64,000 bases of DNA from the NCBI RefSeq assembly GCF_009914755.1, contig NC_060930.1; one strand, written 5' to 3'. The notes under the pieces are model-generated. The model searched no databases, had not been told where the DNA came from, and worked only from the letters and a program-made list of their open reading frames with translations. Shown piece by piece: positions 1 through 16,789 of the stretch. This DNA comes from the human T2T-CHM13v2.0 reference genome, Homo sapiens. The position numbers and the translations under genes were made by a program. The stretch's first letter is position 1. Each line of letters starts with the position of its first letter.

Positions 1-1450
1 ATGTGGGAAAGTTTGGAACTCCCTAGAGATTTGTTGAATGACTTTGACCAAAATGCTGATAATCATATGGACAATGAAATCCAGGCTGACATGGTCTCAG
101 ATGGAGATGAGGAACTCGTTGGGAACTGGAGTAAAGGTGACGCTTGATGTGTTTTAGCAAAGAGACGGGCAGAATTTTGCCCCTGCCCTAGAGATCTGTG
201 GAGCATTGAACTTGAGAGAGATGATTCAGGGTATCTGGTTGGAGAAAATTCTAAGCAGCAAAGCTTTCAAGAGGTGACTTGGGTGCTGTTAAAGACATTT
301 AGTTTTAAAAGGGAAACAGCATATAAGTTCAGAAAATTTGCAACCTGACAATGCAATAGAAAAGAAAATCCCATTTTCTGAGGAAAAATTCAGGCTGGGT
401 GCAGAAATTTTTATAAGTAACTTGGAGCTGAGTGTTAATCCCCAAGACAATGAGGAAAATGTCTCCAGGGCATGTCAGAGGTCTTCATGGCAGCCCCACC
501 AATTACACACCTGGAGGCCTTGGAGAAAAAAATGTTTTAGTGGGCCAGGCCTAGGGTCCCCATGCTGTGTGCAGCCTAGGGACTTGGTGCCCTGGATCCC
601 AGCTGCTGCGGCCATGGCTGATAGGGGCCAAAGTAGAGCTCAGGCCATGTCTTCAGAGGGTGCAAGCCACAAGCCTTGGCAGCTTCCATGTGGTGTTGAT
701 CCTGCAAGTGCACAGAAGTCAAGAATTGGGGTTTGGGAACCTCCATCTATATTTCAGAGGATGTGTGGAAATGCCTGGATGCCCAAGCAGAAGTTTGCTG
801 CAGGAGCGAGGCCCTCATGGAGAACCTCTGCGAGGACAGTGTGGAAGGGCAATGTGGGGTTAGAGCCCCCACATGGAGTCCCTCCTGGAGCACTGCCTAG
901 TGGAACTGTGAGAAGAGGGCCACAGTCCTCCAGACCCCAGAATAGTAGATCCACTGACAGCTTGCACCATGTGCCTGGAAAAGCCACAGACACTCAACGC
1001 CAGCCTGTGAAAACAGCCAGGAGGGAGGCTCTACCTTGCAAAGCCACAGGGACAGAGCTGCCCAAGACCATGGGAACCCACCTCTTGCATCAGCATGACC
1101 TGGATGTGAAACATGGAGTCACATGTCTCAGTCAAAATGGATCATTTTGGAGCTTTAAGATTTGACTGCCCTGCATGGGGCCTGTAGCCCCTTTGTTTGG
1201 CCAATTTTTCCCATTTGGAATGAGTGTACTTACCCAATGTCTGTAGTTCCTATGTATCTAGGAAGTAACTAACTTGCTTTTGATTTAACAGGCTCATAGG
1301 CAGAAGAGACTTGCCTTGTCTCAGACGAGATTTTGGACTGTGGACTTTTGAGTTAATGCTGAAATGAGTTAAGACTTTGGGAGACTGTTGAGAAGGCATG
1401 ACTGGTTTTGAATGTGAGGACATGAGATTTGGGAGGAGCTAGAGGTGGAA
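1..1450 (+). mobile_element. THE1 (ERVL-MaLR) internal region, running off the window start
   Basis: Typical THE1-int sequence (tgtgggaaagtttggaact..., cccaagaccatgggaacccacctcttgcatcagc). It ends in a purine tract just before the LTR. ORF 338-1165 is a remnant of this element. Confidence 0.92.
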
Positions 1451-1665
1451 TTATATGGTTTGGCTCTGTCCACACTCAAATCTTATCTCGAATTGTATCT
1501 CCCATAATTCCCACAAGTTGTGGGAGGGACCTGGTGGGATATAATTGAATCATGGCTGTGGTTTCCCCCATACTGTTCTCGTGGTAGTGAGTAAGTTCTC
1601 ATCGTTTTATAAGGGGAAACCCCTTTCACTTGGCTCTCATGCTTCTCTTGTCTTCTGCCATGTGA
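1451..1665 (+). mobile_element. THE1 3' LTR, left part
   Basis: Starts ttatatggtttggctctgtcc and breaks at gccatgtga. Confidence 0.9.
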
Positions 1666-2244
1666 TGAGGTGAGAAATTAAAGGAATAAAGAAAAATAAA
1701 TTAAAAAGAGAAAGAAATAAGCTTTCCTGTAATAGGCTGACTTGTCCCAGAGGCAGCAATGGGCACAGCCCAGACCCAGCGAAAGTCTTGATAATACTAT
1801 CTAAGAAGCCTAGACACAAAGGAATGTGCTCTGGAGACTCTCCCCAGCACTCCCTCAACATAGGGAGAGGAAAAACAAATTTTCCTCTGTTTTATGGTAT
1901 GAGTTTATAGATTCTTGTTCTCTGTAACTAGTAACTTCAAGTATTCTGTTTTATCTAAGAAGTACAGTGAAGGTTGTGATAAGCCTGAGCAGACCTGAAC
2001 TACAGCTGTCTGGGCACCGTAGTGAAGGTTATAAGATAAACCAGTGCAAGGCTCTTTTGAGCAAAACCTAGATAACAGACATCTGGGTTGCTTGGCAACG
2101 GTCATGTGTAATCCTGAGTTCTAAACCTGTCACAATTTAATTAATTGTTCTGCCTCCGTATCCTTGCTTTCGTGCCACTGTAACTGTAAGCCTGCTTCAA
2201 GCTAGCCCACCCCCTTTTTAAAGTGTGTATAAAAGTCAAGTGCT
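1666..2244 (+). mobile_element. ERV1-class solo LTR, left part (LTR15-like, tentative)
   Basis: TG start, 4-bp TSD gtga (1662-1665 / 12535-12538), and TATAAAA at 2228-2234. It resumes after the L1. Confidence 0.75.
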
Positions 2245-3865
2245 CGGAGTCGCTTCCAAGATGGCCAAATAGGAACAGCTCCAGTCTGCAGCTCCCAGCG
2301 AGATCAACACAGAAGACAGGTGATTTCTCCATTTCCAACTGAGGTACCAGGTTCATCTCATTGGGACTGGTTGGACAGTGGGTGCAGCCCACGGAGGGCA
2401 AGCTGAAGTAGAGCAGGGCGTGGCCTCACTTAGGAAGCACAAGGGGTTGGGGGATTTCCCTTTTCTAGCCAAGGGAAGCTGTGACAGACTGTATCTGGAG
2501 AAACGGTTCACGCCTGACCAAATATTGCACTATTCCAACAGTCTTAGCAACTGGCAGACCAGGAGATACCCTCCAATGCCTGGCTCGGTGGGTCCCACGC
2601 CCACAGAGCCTTGCTCACTGCTAGCACAGCAGTCTGAAATCGACCCACGATGCTGCAGCTGGACGGGGGGAGGGGCATCTGCCATTGCTGAGGCTTGAGT
2701 AGCTCACAGTGTCAACAAGCAGCCTGGAAGCATGAACTGGGCACATTCCACCTCAGCTCAGCAAGGCCTACTGCCTCTACCTCTGGGGGCAGGGCAGAGT
2801 AGAACAAAAGGCAACAGACAGCTTCTGCAGACTTAAACATCCCTGTCTGACAGCCTTGAAGAGAGCAGTGGTTCTCTCAGCACAATGTTTGAGATCCTAG
2901 AATGGACAGACTGCATCCTCAAGTGGGTCCCTGACCCCTGTGTAGCCTGAGTGGGAAACATCTCCCAGTAGGGGGCAACAGACACCTCAAACAGGCAGGT
3001 GCCCCTCTGGGACGAAGCTTCCAGAGGAAGGATCAGGCAGCAATATTTGCTTTTCTGCAGCCTCCGCTGGTGATACCCAAACAAACAGGGTCTGGAGTGG
3101 GCCTCCAGCAAACTCCAACAGACCTGCAGCTGAGGGGTCTGACTGTTAGAAGGAAAACTAACAAACAGAAAGGAATAGCATCAACATCAACAAAAAGGAC
3201 ATCCACACCAAGATCCCGTCTGTAGGTCACCAACATCAAAGACCAAAGGTCGATAAAACCACAAAGATGAGGAGAAGCCAGAGCAGAAAAGCTGAAAATT
3301 CTAAAAACCAGAGAGCCTTTTTTCCTCCAAAGGATCACAGCTCCTCACCAGCAAGGGAACAAGACTGGACAGAGAATGAATTAGACGAGTTGACAGAAGT
3401 AGGCTTCAGAAGGTCGGTAATAACAAACTTCACTGAGCTAAAGGAGCATGTTCTAACCCATCACAAGGAAGCTAAAAACGTTGAAAAAAGGTTAGATGAA
3501 CGGCTAACTAGAATAAACAGTGTCGAGAAGACCTTAAGTGACCTGATGGAGCTGAAAACCATGGCATGAGAACTTTGTGATGCATGCACAAGCCTCAATA
3601 GCTGATTCGATCAAGTGGAAGTAAGGATATCAGTGATTGAAGATCAAATAATGAAATAAAGCAAGAAGACAAGATTAGAGAAAAAAGAGTGAAAAGAAGT
3701 GAGCAAAGCCTCCAAGAAATATGGGACTATGTGAAAAGACCAAATATACGTTTGATTGGTGTACCAGAAAGTGACTGGGAGAATGGAACCAAGTTAGAAA
3801 ACACTCTTCAGGATATTATCCAGGAGAACTTCCCTAACCCAGCAAGGCAGGCCAACATTCAAATT
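2245..3865 (+). mobile_element. L1PA (about PA6/7) 5'UTR plus first part of ORF1, truncated at its 3' side
   Basis: 5' end ccaagatggccaaataggaacagc. ORF1 peptides at 3267-3569 and 3689-3865 (IWDYVKRPNIRLIGVPE). Ends at gccaacattcaaatt. Confidence 0.93.
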
Positions 3866-4153
3866 TCCAAAAATTTCCAATTCATAGACTTAATCAATGC
3901 AGAAGCTCAAATTATACTTTGAGATGCCACTAAGTTTAAACACTGTACCCCCTATAATCTTAGGAAAGTAAATATAAAATAGAGGAAATATGGGTGTGGC
4001 TCACTTTATACTCTTGCCTAAATGTCCCATAGTCATAGTAGCCATTGCACTAAAATATCTGATATTGGGAATAGATGTGCCAACACAATAAGAAATTTAA
4101 AAAGTCAAATTTTTGGCACTTACAAATTGGCTTGATTAAAATGGGATCCCAGT

Positions 4154-4537
<384 letters not shown>

Positions 4538-4646
4538 TCAAGGATTAAAACTTATGTAGTATATACCTAAAAGAAAGGAAATCAATATGTGGAAGAGATT
4601 CTGCACTCCATGTCTAGTGCGGTACTCTTCATAATAGCCAAAATTT

Positions 4647-4888
4647 GGCCAGGTGCAGTGGCTCATATCTGTAATCCCAGCACTTTGGGAGGCTGAGGCG
4701 GGCAGATCACTTGAGGCCAGAAGTTTGAGACCAGCCTGGCCAACATGGCAAAATGCTGTCTCTACCAAAAATATAGAAAATATCTGGGCATGGTGTCACA
4801 TGCCTGTAGTTCTAGCTAATCAGGAGGGTGAGGCAGGATAATTGCTTAAACCCAGGAGGTGGAGGTTGCGGTGAGCTGAGATTGTGCC
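4647..4888 (+). mobile_element. Alu (J/S) lacking its 3' end and tail
   Basis: Alu sequence from ggccaggtgcagtggctca to gagattgtgcc. Confidence 0.88.
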
Positions 4889-4918
4889 CATCAACAGATG
4901 AATGAAGAAAGAAAACAT

Positions 4919-4967
<49 letters not shown>
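4919..4967. repeat. (CA)n microsatellite
   Basis: Seen directly. Confidence 0.97.
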
Positions 4968-4969
<2 letters not shown>

Positions 4970-5226
4970 GAATATTATACAGCCATAAAAAGGAATGAAA
5001 TCTTGTCATTTGCAGTAATGTAATTTGGATGGAGCTGGAGGCTGTTATCCCAAGTGAAATAACTCAGAAACAGAAAATCAAATACTGCATGTTCTCAATC
5101 ACGTGGAACTGAAGAAAGTGGATCTCATGAAGATACACTGTATCCAGTGGTTACCAGAGGCCAGGAAGGGTAGTGGGAAGGAGGGAGGGGTGAAGAGAGG
5201 TTGATTAATGGGTACAAAAATACAAG

Positions 5227-5365
5227 TAGCTAGACACAGTGGCTCACACCTTTAATCTCAGCACTTTGGGAGGCCAAGGTGTGTGGATCACTTGAGCTCA
5301 GGAGTTTGAGACCAATCTGGGCAATATAGCAAGACCCCATCTCTACAAAAAATACAAAAAAATTA
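5227..5365 (+). mobile_element. FLAM / Alu left monomer
   Basis: Single Alu arm ending in an A-rich tail. Confidence 0.82.
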
Positions 5366-5756
5366 AAAATATAATTAAGAAATTAATGCTGACAGATCAA
5401 TTAGATAGCCATGTGTAAACAGAAAGTCTTGAAACATACCCTAAACTACCCACAAAAATCAATTTCAGAAGGAATGTAGCTTTAAACATAAATATTAAAA
5501 AATAAAATAAATTATTTTTATAACTTTGAGTAGGGAAATATTTTTTAAACAGATTACAAAAACCAGTAGCTATAAAGGAAGAGATTGATAAATTAGACCG
5601 CATTCAAATTAATAATTTTTATTTATCAAAAGACATCATTAAGAAAGTGAAGAGGCAAGTTTTAGAGTGGAAGAAAATATATATACACACATAACTGACA
5701 AAGGGATCACATCCAGAATATGCAGGGCACTCCTATAAACAATAAGAAAAAGACAA

Positions 5757-5811
5757 ATATTAAACTGATAAGAACAGATACTACACTAGATCTTAGCCAA
5801 AAGGCTGAGAA
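5757..5811 (-). pseudogene. U2 snRNA 5' fragment (about nt 6-60)
   Basis: The reverse complement ttctcagccttttggctaagatctagtgtagtatctgttcttatcagtttaatat matches U2 with 2 mismatches. It includes the GTAGTA branch-site recognition motif. Confidence 0.93.
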
Positions 5812-6004
5812 AGAAGGGGAACATCACATACCGGGGCCTGTCATGGGGTGGGGGGAGGGGGGAGGGATAGCATTAGGAGATATACCTAATGTAAATGACG
5901 AGTTAATGAGTGCAGCACACCAACATGGCACATGTATACATATGTAACAATCCTGCACATTGTGCACATGTACCCTAGAACTTAAAGTATAATAACAACA
6001 AAAA
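5812..6004 (+). mobile_element. L1PA (about PA4/5) 3'UTR fragment with A tail
   Basis: gaaggggaacatcaca...gtaccctagaacttaaagtataataa. Confidence 0.93.
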
Positions 6005-7334
6005 AAGAAAAAGACAAATAGAAAAATGAGTAGAAGGCTGGATATATAATTTATAAAAAATGATGTCCAAAAGTGTTCAATTTCCTCAATAATCATGTAA
6101 ATGCAAATCAAAATCAATGAGATATCACCACACATCCTCCAGAATAGCTAAAATAAAAGAGACTGATGGGGATTTCCGGCAAGATATCCAAATAGGAACA
6201 GCTCCGATCTGCAGCTCCCAGCAAGATTGATGAAGAAGATGGGTGTTTTCTGCATTTCCACCTGAGGTACCTGGTTCATCTCATTGGGACTGGTTGAACA
6301 GTGGGTGCAGCCCATAGATGGCGAGCCAAAGCAGGGCGAGGCGTTGCCTCACCCGGGAAGTGCAAGGGATCAGGGGATTTCCCTTTCCTAGCCAAGGGAA
6401 GCCATGAGAGACTGTACCAGGAGGAACAGTACACTACTGCCCAGATACTGTGCTTTTCCCATGGTCTTTGCAACTGGCAGACAAGGAGATTCCCTCTGGT
6501 GCCTGGCTCGGTGGGTCCCATGCCCACAGAGCCCAGCAAGCTGAGATCAATTGGCTTGAAATTCTCGCTGCTAGCACAGCAGTCTGAGATCAACCTGGGA
6601 CACTGGAGCTTGGAGAGGGGAGGGGCACCCACCATTGCTGAGGCTTGAGTAGGCGGTTTTATGCCCACAGTGTAAAGAAAGCCTCCGGGAAAGTTCGAAC
6701 CGGGTGAAGCCCACCGCTCTCAACAAGGCCATCTGCCTTTCTAGATTCCACGTCTGTGGGCAGAGCATCTCTGAACAAAAGGCAGCAGCCCCAGTTGGGG
6801 ACTTATAGATAAAACCCCCATCTCCCTGGGAAAAAGCACCTAGGGGAAGGGGCAGCTGTGGGCACAGCTTCAGCAGACTTAAATGTCCCTGTCTGACAGC
6901 TCTGAAGAGAGAAGTGGTTCTCCCATCACAGCGTTTGAGCTCTGATAATGGACAGACTGCCTCCTCAAGTGGGTCCCTGACCCTTGTGTAGCCTGACTGG
7001 GAGACACCTCCCAGTCAGGCTGCAGACACCTCATACAGGAGAGCTCTGGCTGGCATCTGGTGGGTGCCCCTCTGGGACAAAGCCTCCAGATGAAGGATCA
7101 GGAAGCAATATTTGCTGTTCTGCAGCCTCCCCTGGTGATGCTCAGGCAAACAGGATCTGGAGTGAACCTCTGGCAAACTCCAACAGACCTGCAGCTGAGA
7201 GGCCTGACTGTTAGAAGGAAAACTAACAAACAGAAAGGAATAGCATCAACATCAACAAAAAGGACATCCACACCAAAACTCCATCCATAGGTCACCAACA
7301 TCAAAGTCCAAAGGTGGATGATAAAACCACAAAG

Positions 7335-8360
7335 ATGGAGAGAAACCAGCGCAGAAAGGCTGAAAATTCCAAAAAGCAGAATGCCTCTCCTCCTTCAAAG
7401 GACCACAACTCCTCGCCAGCAAGGGAACAAAACTGGAGGGAGAATGAGTTTGAAGAATTGACAGAAGTAGGCTTCAGAAGGTCGGTAATAACAGACTCAT
7501 ACAAGCTAAAGGGGCGTGTTCTAACCCATTGCAAGGAAGCTAAGAACCTTGAAAGGAGGTTAGACGAATTGCTAACTAGAATAAGCAATGTAGAGAAGAA
7601 TATAAATGACCTGATGGAGCTGAAAAACACAGCATGAGAACTTCGTGAAGCATACACAAGCTTCAGTAGCTGAATCGATCATGTGGAAGAAAGGATATCA
7701 GTGACTGAAGATTGACTTAATGAAATAAAGCAAGAAGACAAGATCAGAGAAAAAAAGAGTGAGAAAAAATGAACAAAGCCTCCAAGAAATATGGGACTAG
7801 GTGAAAAGACCAAATCTACATTTGATTGGTGTACCTGAAAGTGAGGGGAAAATGGAACCAAGTTGGAAAACACTCTTCAGGATATTATCCAGGAGAACTT
7901 CACCAATCTAGCAAGGCAGGCCAACATTCAAATTCAGGAAATACAGAGAACGTGACAAAGATACTCCTTGAGAAGAGCAACCCCAAGACAAATAATCATC
8001 AGATTCCCCAAGGTTGAAATGAAGGAAAAAATGTTAAGGGCAGCCAGGGAGAAAGGTCAGGTTACCCACAAAGGGAAGCCCATCAGACTAACAGCAGATC
8101 TCTCGGCAGAAACCCTACAAGCTAGAAAAGAGTAAGGGCCAATACTCAATATTCTTAAAGAAAAGAATTTTCAACCTAGAATTTCATATCCAGCCAAACT
8201 AAGCTTCATAAGCGAAGGAGAAATAAAAGCCTCTACAAACAAGCAAATGCTGAGAGATTTTGTCACCACCAGGCCTGCCTTACAAGAGCTCCTGAAGGAA
8301 GCACTAAACATGGAAGTGAACAACTGGTACCAGCCACTGCAAAAACATGTCAAATTGTAA
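7335..8360 (+). pseudogene. L1 ORF1 remnant (stops and frameshifts)
   Basis: MERNQRRKAENSK...; broken into several short ORFs. Confidence 0.88.
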
Positions 8361-8423
8361 AGACCATCGACGTTATGAAGAAACTGCATCAACTAATGGG
8401 CAAAATAACCAGCTGACAACATA

Positions 8424-12209
<3,786 letters not shown>

Positions 12210-12411
12210 AATGAGAACACATGGACACAGGGCAAGGAACATCACACACTGGGGCTGGTCGGGGGCTGTGGGGCTGGGGTAGGTATAGCATTAGGAGAAA
12301 TACCTAATGTAAATGATGAGTTGATGGATGCAGCAAACCAACATGGCACATGTAACAAACCTGCACATTGTGCACATGTACCCTAGAACTTAAAGTATAA
12401 TAATAATTTAA

Positions 12412-12534
12412 AAAAATCAAGTGCTGTCTTTATTCTGGGCCCAGTCTTTGGATGTTAAGTCTGAGTGCACTCAATAAAGATATCCTTCTGTATACACCCC
12501 AAGGTCTCTCTCTGGCCCTCCTGGTCTCGCAATG
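12412..12534 (+). mobile_element. ERV1-class LTR, right part
   Basis: Resumes at tcaagtgct, contains AATAAA, and is followed by TSD gtga. Confidence 0.75.
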
Positions 12535-12676
12535 GTGAGACATGCCTTTCACCTTCCACCATGATTGTGAGGCCTCCCCAGCCACATGGAATTGTGAGTC
12601 CATTAATTCTCTTCCTTTTGTAAATTGCCCAGTCTTTGGTATGTCTTTTTCAACAGGGTGAAAATGGACTAGTAAA
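12535..12676 (+). mobile_element. THE1 3' LTR, right part
   Basis: gacatgcctttcaccttccaccatgattgtgaggcctcccca...aaatggactagta. Confidence 0.9.
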
Positions 12677-13559
12677 GCTTGTTTTTCTGAAGATTTATTC
12701 TCTTTTTTCAAAGACATTGTAACCTATTTCCTTCAATTTGGCTGACCAGTTTAAGGAAAGTTCTGAATGTTCTGAACTTTGTACTCCTTCTAGCAGAGCC
12801 TGTACTCCTTTAATGACATTAGTAATAGTGAAGGCAAAGAGATGATATTTTTGTAAAGAGTATTTCCTCCTGGGACAGAAAGACAGTCTTAAGAGTCTCT
12901 TTACTTGTTGCAAAAGTAAATAATTAAACAAACAAACACACCAATAAATAGATAAATCCCAGAGAAACTTGTTGGCATTGATAGATTGATAAGGTTAAAT
13001 CCTTACAGTTATGTGCTTAAAGTTTATTTCATTCATTCTTGTATGTATTCCAAGTGTTAAGAAAAAACACCCAAGACTTGGATATGAAGTAAAAGGTGAC
13101 CATGTCTTCTTATTGCCATACATGAGCATTGTCTACGAGTTCTGTACCTTTGTTTCACTTACCGTTTACCATCAGCTAGGGCTCACATTCTGTAAAATTA
13201 AATGTTATCTTGCAGATTTATAATGTGGAAATGATTTTTTTTGCAGTATAGATACAAAATAATTTCTCCCCTTTAGAAAAGATGGCCACAGGATTACGAT
13301 TTTATAGCACTGTGGGCCAGTAACTAGTTTTATATCTAACCTAACAATCGTATTCAGCATTATTTCTTTCAGTGCCTATAATTTATAATTATAGCATTTA
13401 TAATGCTCACTCTCCTCAATTCCCTTTGAATCAGCTTTACGATTCTGTTAGCTCTTTCATTAATGAGTAAAATAAATTTCTGAAGCATGTTCATTCTATA
13501 TGTCATATATTTGTGTGAGATTCATGTCATTAACATTTAGAAAATTCTACTTTGACACT

Positions 13560-14020
13560 AACCTTATCCTGCCACATTTGCTTTATTACTCCTCTCTAAA
13601 CATATGTGTGTATTACTATTTTTTGAACTATTTAAAACTTAATAGCAGACACCATGCCCTTACTCCTAAATAGCTCAGCATGAATTTTGTAAGAACAATA
13701 ATTCTTACATAACCACAGTACAATGATTAAATTTAGGTAACTTAGCACTGAGACAATACCATGATATAATCTACAGTGCACATTCAATTTTTATCAATTG
13801 CCATATTCATGTTCTTTATAGATATTTTTTCTCTGATCCAGGATCCAAAGGGGACCACACAGTGCATGGAGCTGTCATGTCTCCTTCGTCTCCTTTCATC
13901 AGAACTTCAGCCTTTCATTGTCCTTAAAGATCCTGGAAGTTTTGAAGAATACAGGCCACTTCTTTTGGAGAATGCCCCCCAGTTTAATTTTGCATGACAT
14001 GCTCTTATATTAGATTCAGG
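13560..14020 (-). mobile_element. Old L1MC-type 3' fragment
   Basis: Degenerate similarity (tccaggatccaa, ttttgaagaatacaggcca). Confidence 0.55.
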
Positions 14021-14507
14021 GTCATCCCAACTTCCTGTGCACATGTGGAGTTTCTTTCCTTGGTTGCTGTGGGCTGCTCGAGGAAAAACTTTGAAAGTGC
14101 TTTGCAGTTAATGTGTAAGATAACACCTTTTTTGAGGAAGAGAGAGCTGATCAATTAGCTCTAGTTTAAGGGAAGAAAAGCCAGATGACATTATTCATTG
14201 ATAAAACAAAAGCTATTTAATGATGTCTCTGCTCCTCACAGACAGATGTGACCTCCATCGCTGCCATGCTAATCCCAGGTTCACTTTTGCTAAGGGAAGC
14301 AGTATAATTGGTACATTTCTCTTTTGACACTTGAGCCTTTCTGACGTTCTCTTTATTCATTCTCTTCCATCTCCATGCATTATAGAACCTGAAGGGGGGA
14401 GAATTATAGGGCCATCTGGCCCAAGCCACTAGAGAGTATCAACATGCTCTCTAATAAAGATGTCCTTGAAAGGTGAGGTCTACTTTCAAATTTAAAATCT
14501 TATTTCA

Positions 14508-14645
14508 GCTGGGTGAGGTGGTACATGTTTATAGTCTCAGCTACTGATGAGGCTGAAACAGCAGAATCTTTTGAGCCCAGGAATTCTAATCCAGCCTGGG
14601 CAACACGGCAAGACCCCATCTCTAAAAAACAAACAAGCAAACAAT
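14508..14645 (+). mobile_element. FLAM_A-like monomer
   Basis: Single diverged Alu arm. Confidence 0.8.
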
Positions 14646-15649
14646 TTCAAATGAGCTGGGTGTTTGCTCTATGGTAAATAGAATGGATTACTTAATAATC
14701 CTGAAGAAATCATTGCATGGCTCTATTCTAAAATGGTGTTAGGTTCTGTTTAAATACCTTAAAAGTATTATTTAGGGAAAATATATATCATCTCTTCCAC
14801 GTATTGGGACAGGTTTGGAGAATAAAACAATAATGAATTATCTGTGAAATTATATAATAAAAAGTAAAGTGCTTTGCAAGTTATGTGATATACTATTTTC
14901 ATACAAAAGTTATTCATCAGTACAGTAATTATAATGAAACTGAATATCCCCAAGTCTATAGATAACTGAGGTGTAACTATTTTTTATATCCAAATAAAAT
15001 AACTTGAGTCCACATCTCACTTTTGATTTTAGTAAATTTAGTCCCCTCCGAAATATTTCTGAAAATTCCCAGACAGCATCTGTCAACTGCAAACTCCAGT
15101 TGTCAGATTATTCTAGACCACTTTTGGCTGTTGGGTTGCCTCCCTGGTTTGCTATACTTTATTGCTTTCTGTTTTCTGTGGTTCAATTCACCCACCAATC
15201 TGATCACAGCCCTTCCTTTATTTCCTAAGAAAATTCCAAAATACATCTGACACTAATTAAGCAATTAATATAGTTTTGCTGCATTGGAGGACAACAGAGA
15301 GGAAATAAGATACAAAACAGGAAACAACTCAAAATGCTCTCTCCTCAGAGGTTAGTCTTTTATATTATTATGAAGATAACTTTAGTTCTCTTTTACAGAT
15401 CCTCCCCATTCTGGTGAAAACCTTGAGTCTTACATTTCATAACCAACAACTCATGAAAAAGTTGTTTCCCTAAACAAAGACCAATTTCTTCTCTTGGGAG
15501 CACCACTCACTCTCATTCAAAGAATGTTAGAGTTGTTCTAGCAGGTTTTTCTCCCCATCTAAACTAAGAAGATCACCTGTATGGAGAAGCTAGATAAATT
15601 GCCAAGGGTAGGAAAGAGTTTGAAGTCAACTTTTAGAATATGTGACACT

Positions 15650-16757
15650 ACCTCCTAACTGATCCGATTTTTGTATATTGACCATGCATCTAGTAACCGC
15701 ACTCAATTCAGTCATTAAATTCAATAGTTTGTAGATTATTTTGAATATTTTATGTTAACAGTCACATAATTTTCAAATGAACGTTTTACATTTTTCTGTA
15801 CAAGTTTTATATGTTTTACTTATTTTTCTGGCCTCATTACACTGGCTAGAATGAACAATTAACAGTTGAAAGAAAAACCATAGTGGACATCCTTGCCTGG
15901 CTCTGATAGGGGAAAATGTTCACTGTTTCAACTTTATTGTTAGCTGTGGGTGTTTTGTTCTACCCTTTATGAGATTGAGGAAGTTTCCTTTTAATTCTAC
16001 TTTGCTGAGGGTTTTTAAAATGATGAATGGGTATTGAATTTAATCAAATAACTTTTCTAAATCTACTGAGATGATTATATATTTGTCACTTATTCTGTTA
16101 ATGTGATGAATTGCATTGATTGATTTTTGAATATTAAATCAATCTTGCCTTCCTAGGATAAACCACACTTGCTGAATCTGATTTGTTATTATTTTGTTTT
16201 GAATTTCTGCCTTAGTCTGACAGAAATTGGCCTATAATTTTACTTTCTTATAATATTCTTGACATATTATGCTATCAAGCCTCATAAAACAAGCTAGAAA
16301 GTAGTCCCTGGTCTCTATTTTCTAACAGAGTTAATACAAGGTAAGTATGATTTCTTCCTCAAATGTTTGGAAGAATTTACCAGTGATACTATCTGGAACC
16401 AGAGTTTTCTTTGTGGAAAAGTTTTTAAATTATGGATTCAATTACTTTGACAGATTTGGGATTATTTAAAATTTCAATTTTCTCTGTGGCTATTTTAGTA
16501 AGTCATGCTTTTAAAGGATTCTGCCCATTTTATCTAAGTTGTCAAATGTATTGGCAAAAATGATTCATAATGTTTTCTTATCTTTTTCATCTATATTGAA
16601 TCCTGATATTGGCAATTTGTATTCTCTTTCTTTATGTCTCTTTTTCTTAATAAATCTTGCTAGGAAATTATCAATTTTATTAGTCTTTCCAAACAACCAA
16701 CTTTTGACTTCTGTGTTTTCTCTCTTATCCATCTGCTTTCTCTTCTATTGCCTTCTG
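15650..16757 (-). mobile_element. Old L1M ORF2 fragment
   Basis: T-rich antisense ORF2 motifs (gtggacatccttgcct, ttgaggaagtttcct, ggaagaatttaccagtga). Confidence 0.75.
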
Positions 16758-16789
16758 GAGACTGTCATATGACCACTCTTATAAGCAGC

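Larger units (their letters stand above)
4545..5225 (+). mobile_element. Old L1MA 3' end, interrupted by an Alu and a (CA)n tract
   Basis: aatagccaaaatttgg...tcaacagatgaatg...cagccataaaaaggaatgaaatc. Confidence 0.75.
5390..6167 (+). mobile_element. Old L1M ORF2 3' region (host of the U2/L1 chimera)
   Basis: Degenerate ORF2 motifs (gagtggaagaaaatat, atgcaaatcaaaatcaatgagatatcac). Confidence 0.7.

Noticed and set aside
338-1165. 275-aa ORF as a gene
   Set aside because: It lies wholly in THE1-int, has a TTG start, and homologous text appears in the MaLR at 20371-21008.
5757-5811. Functional U2 snRNA gene
   Set aside because: Only about 55 nt are present, with no Sm site or 3' stem-loops, and the fragment lies inside a TSD.
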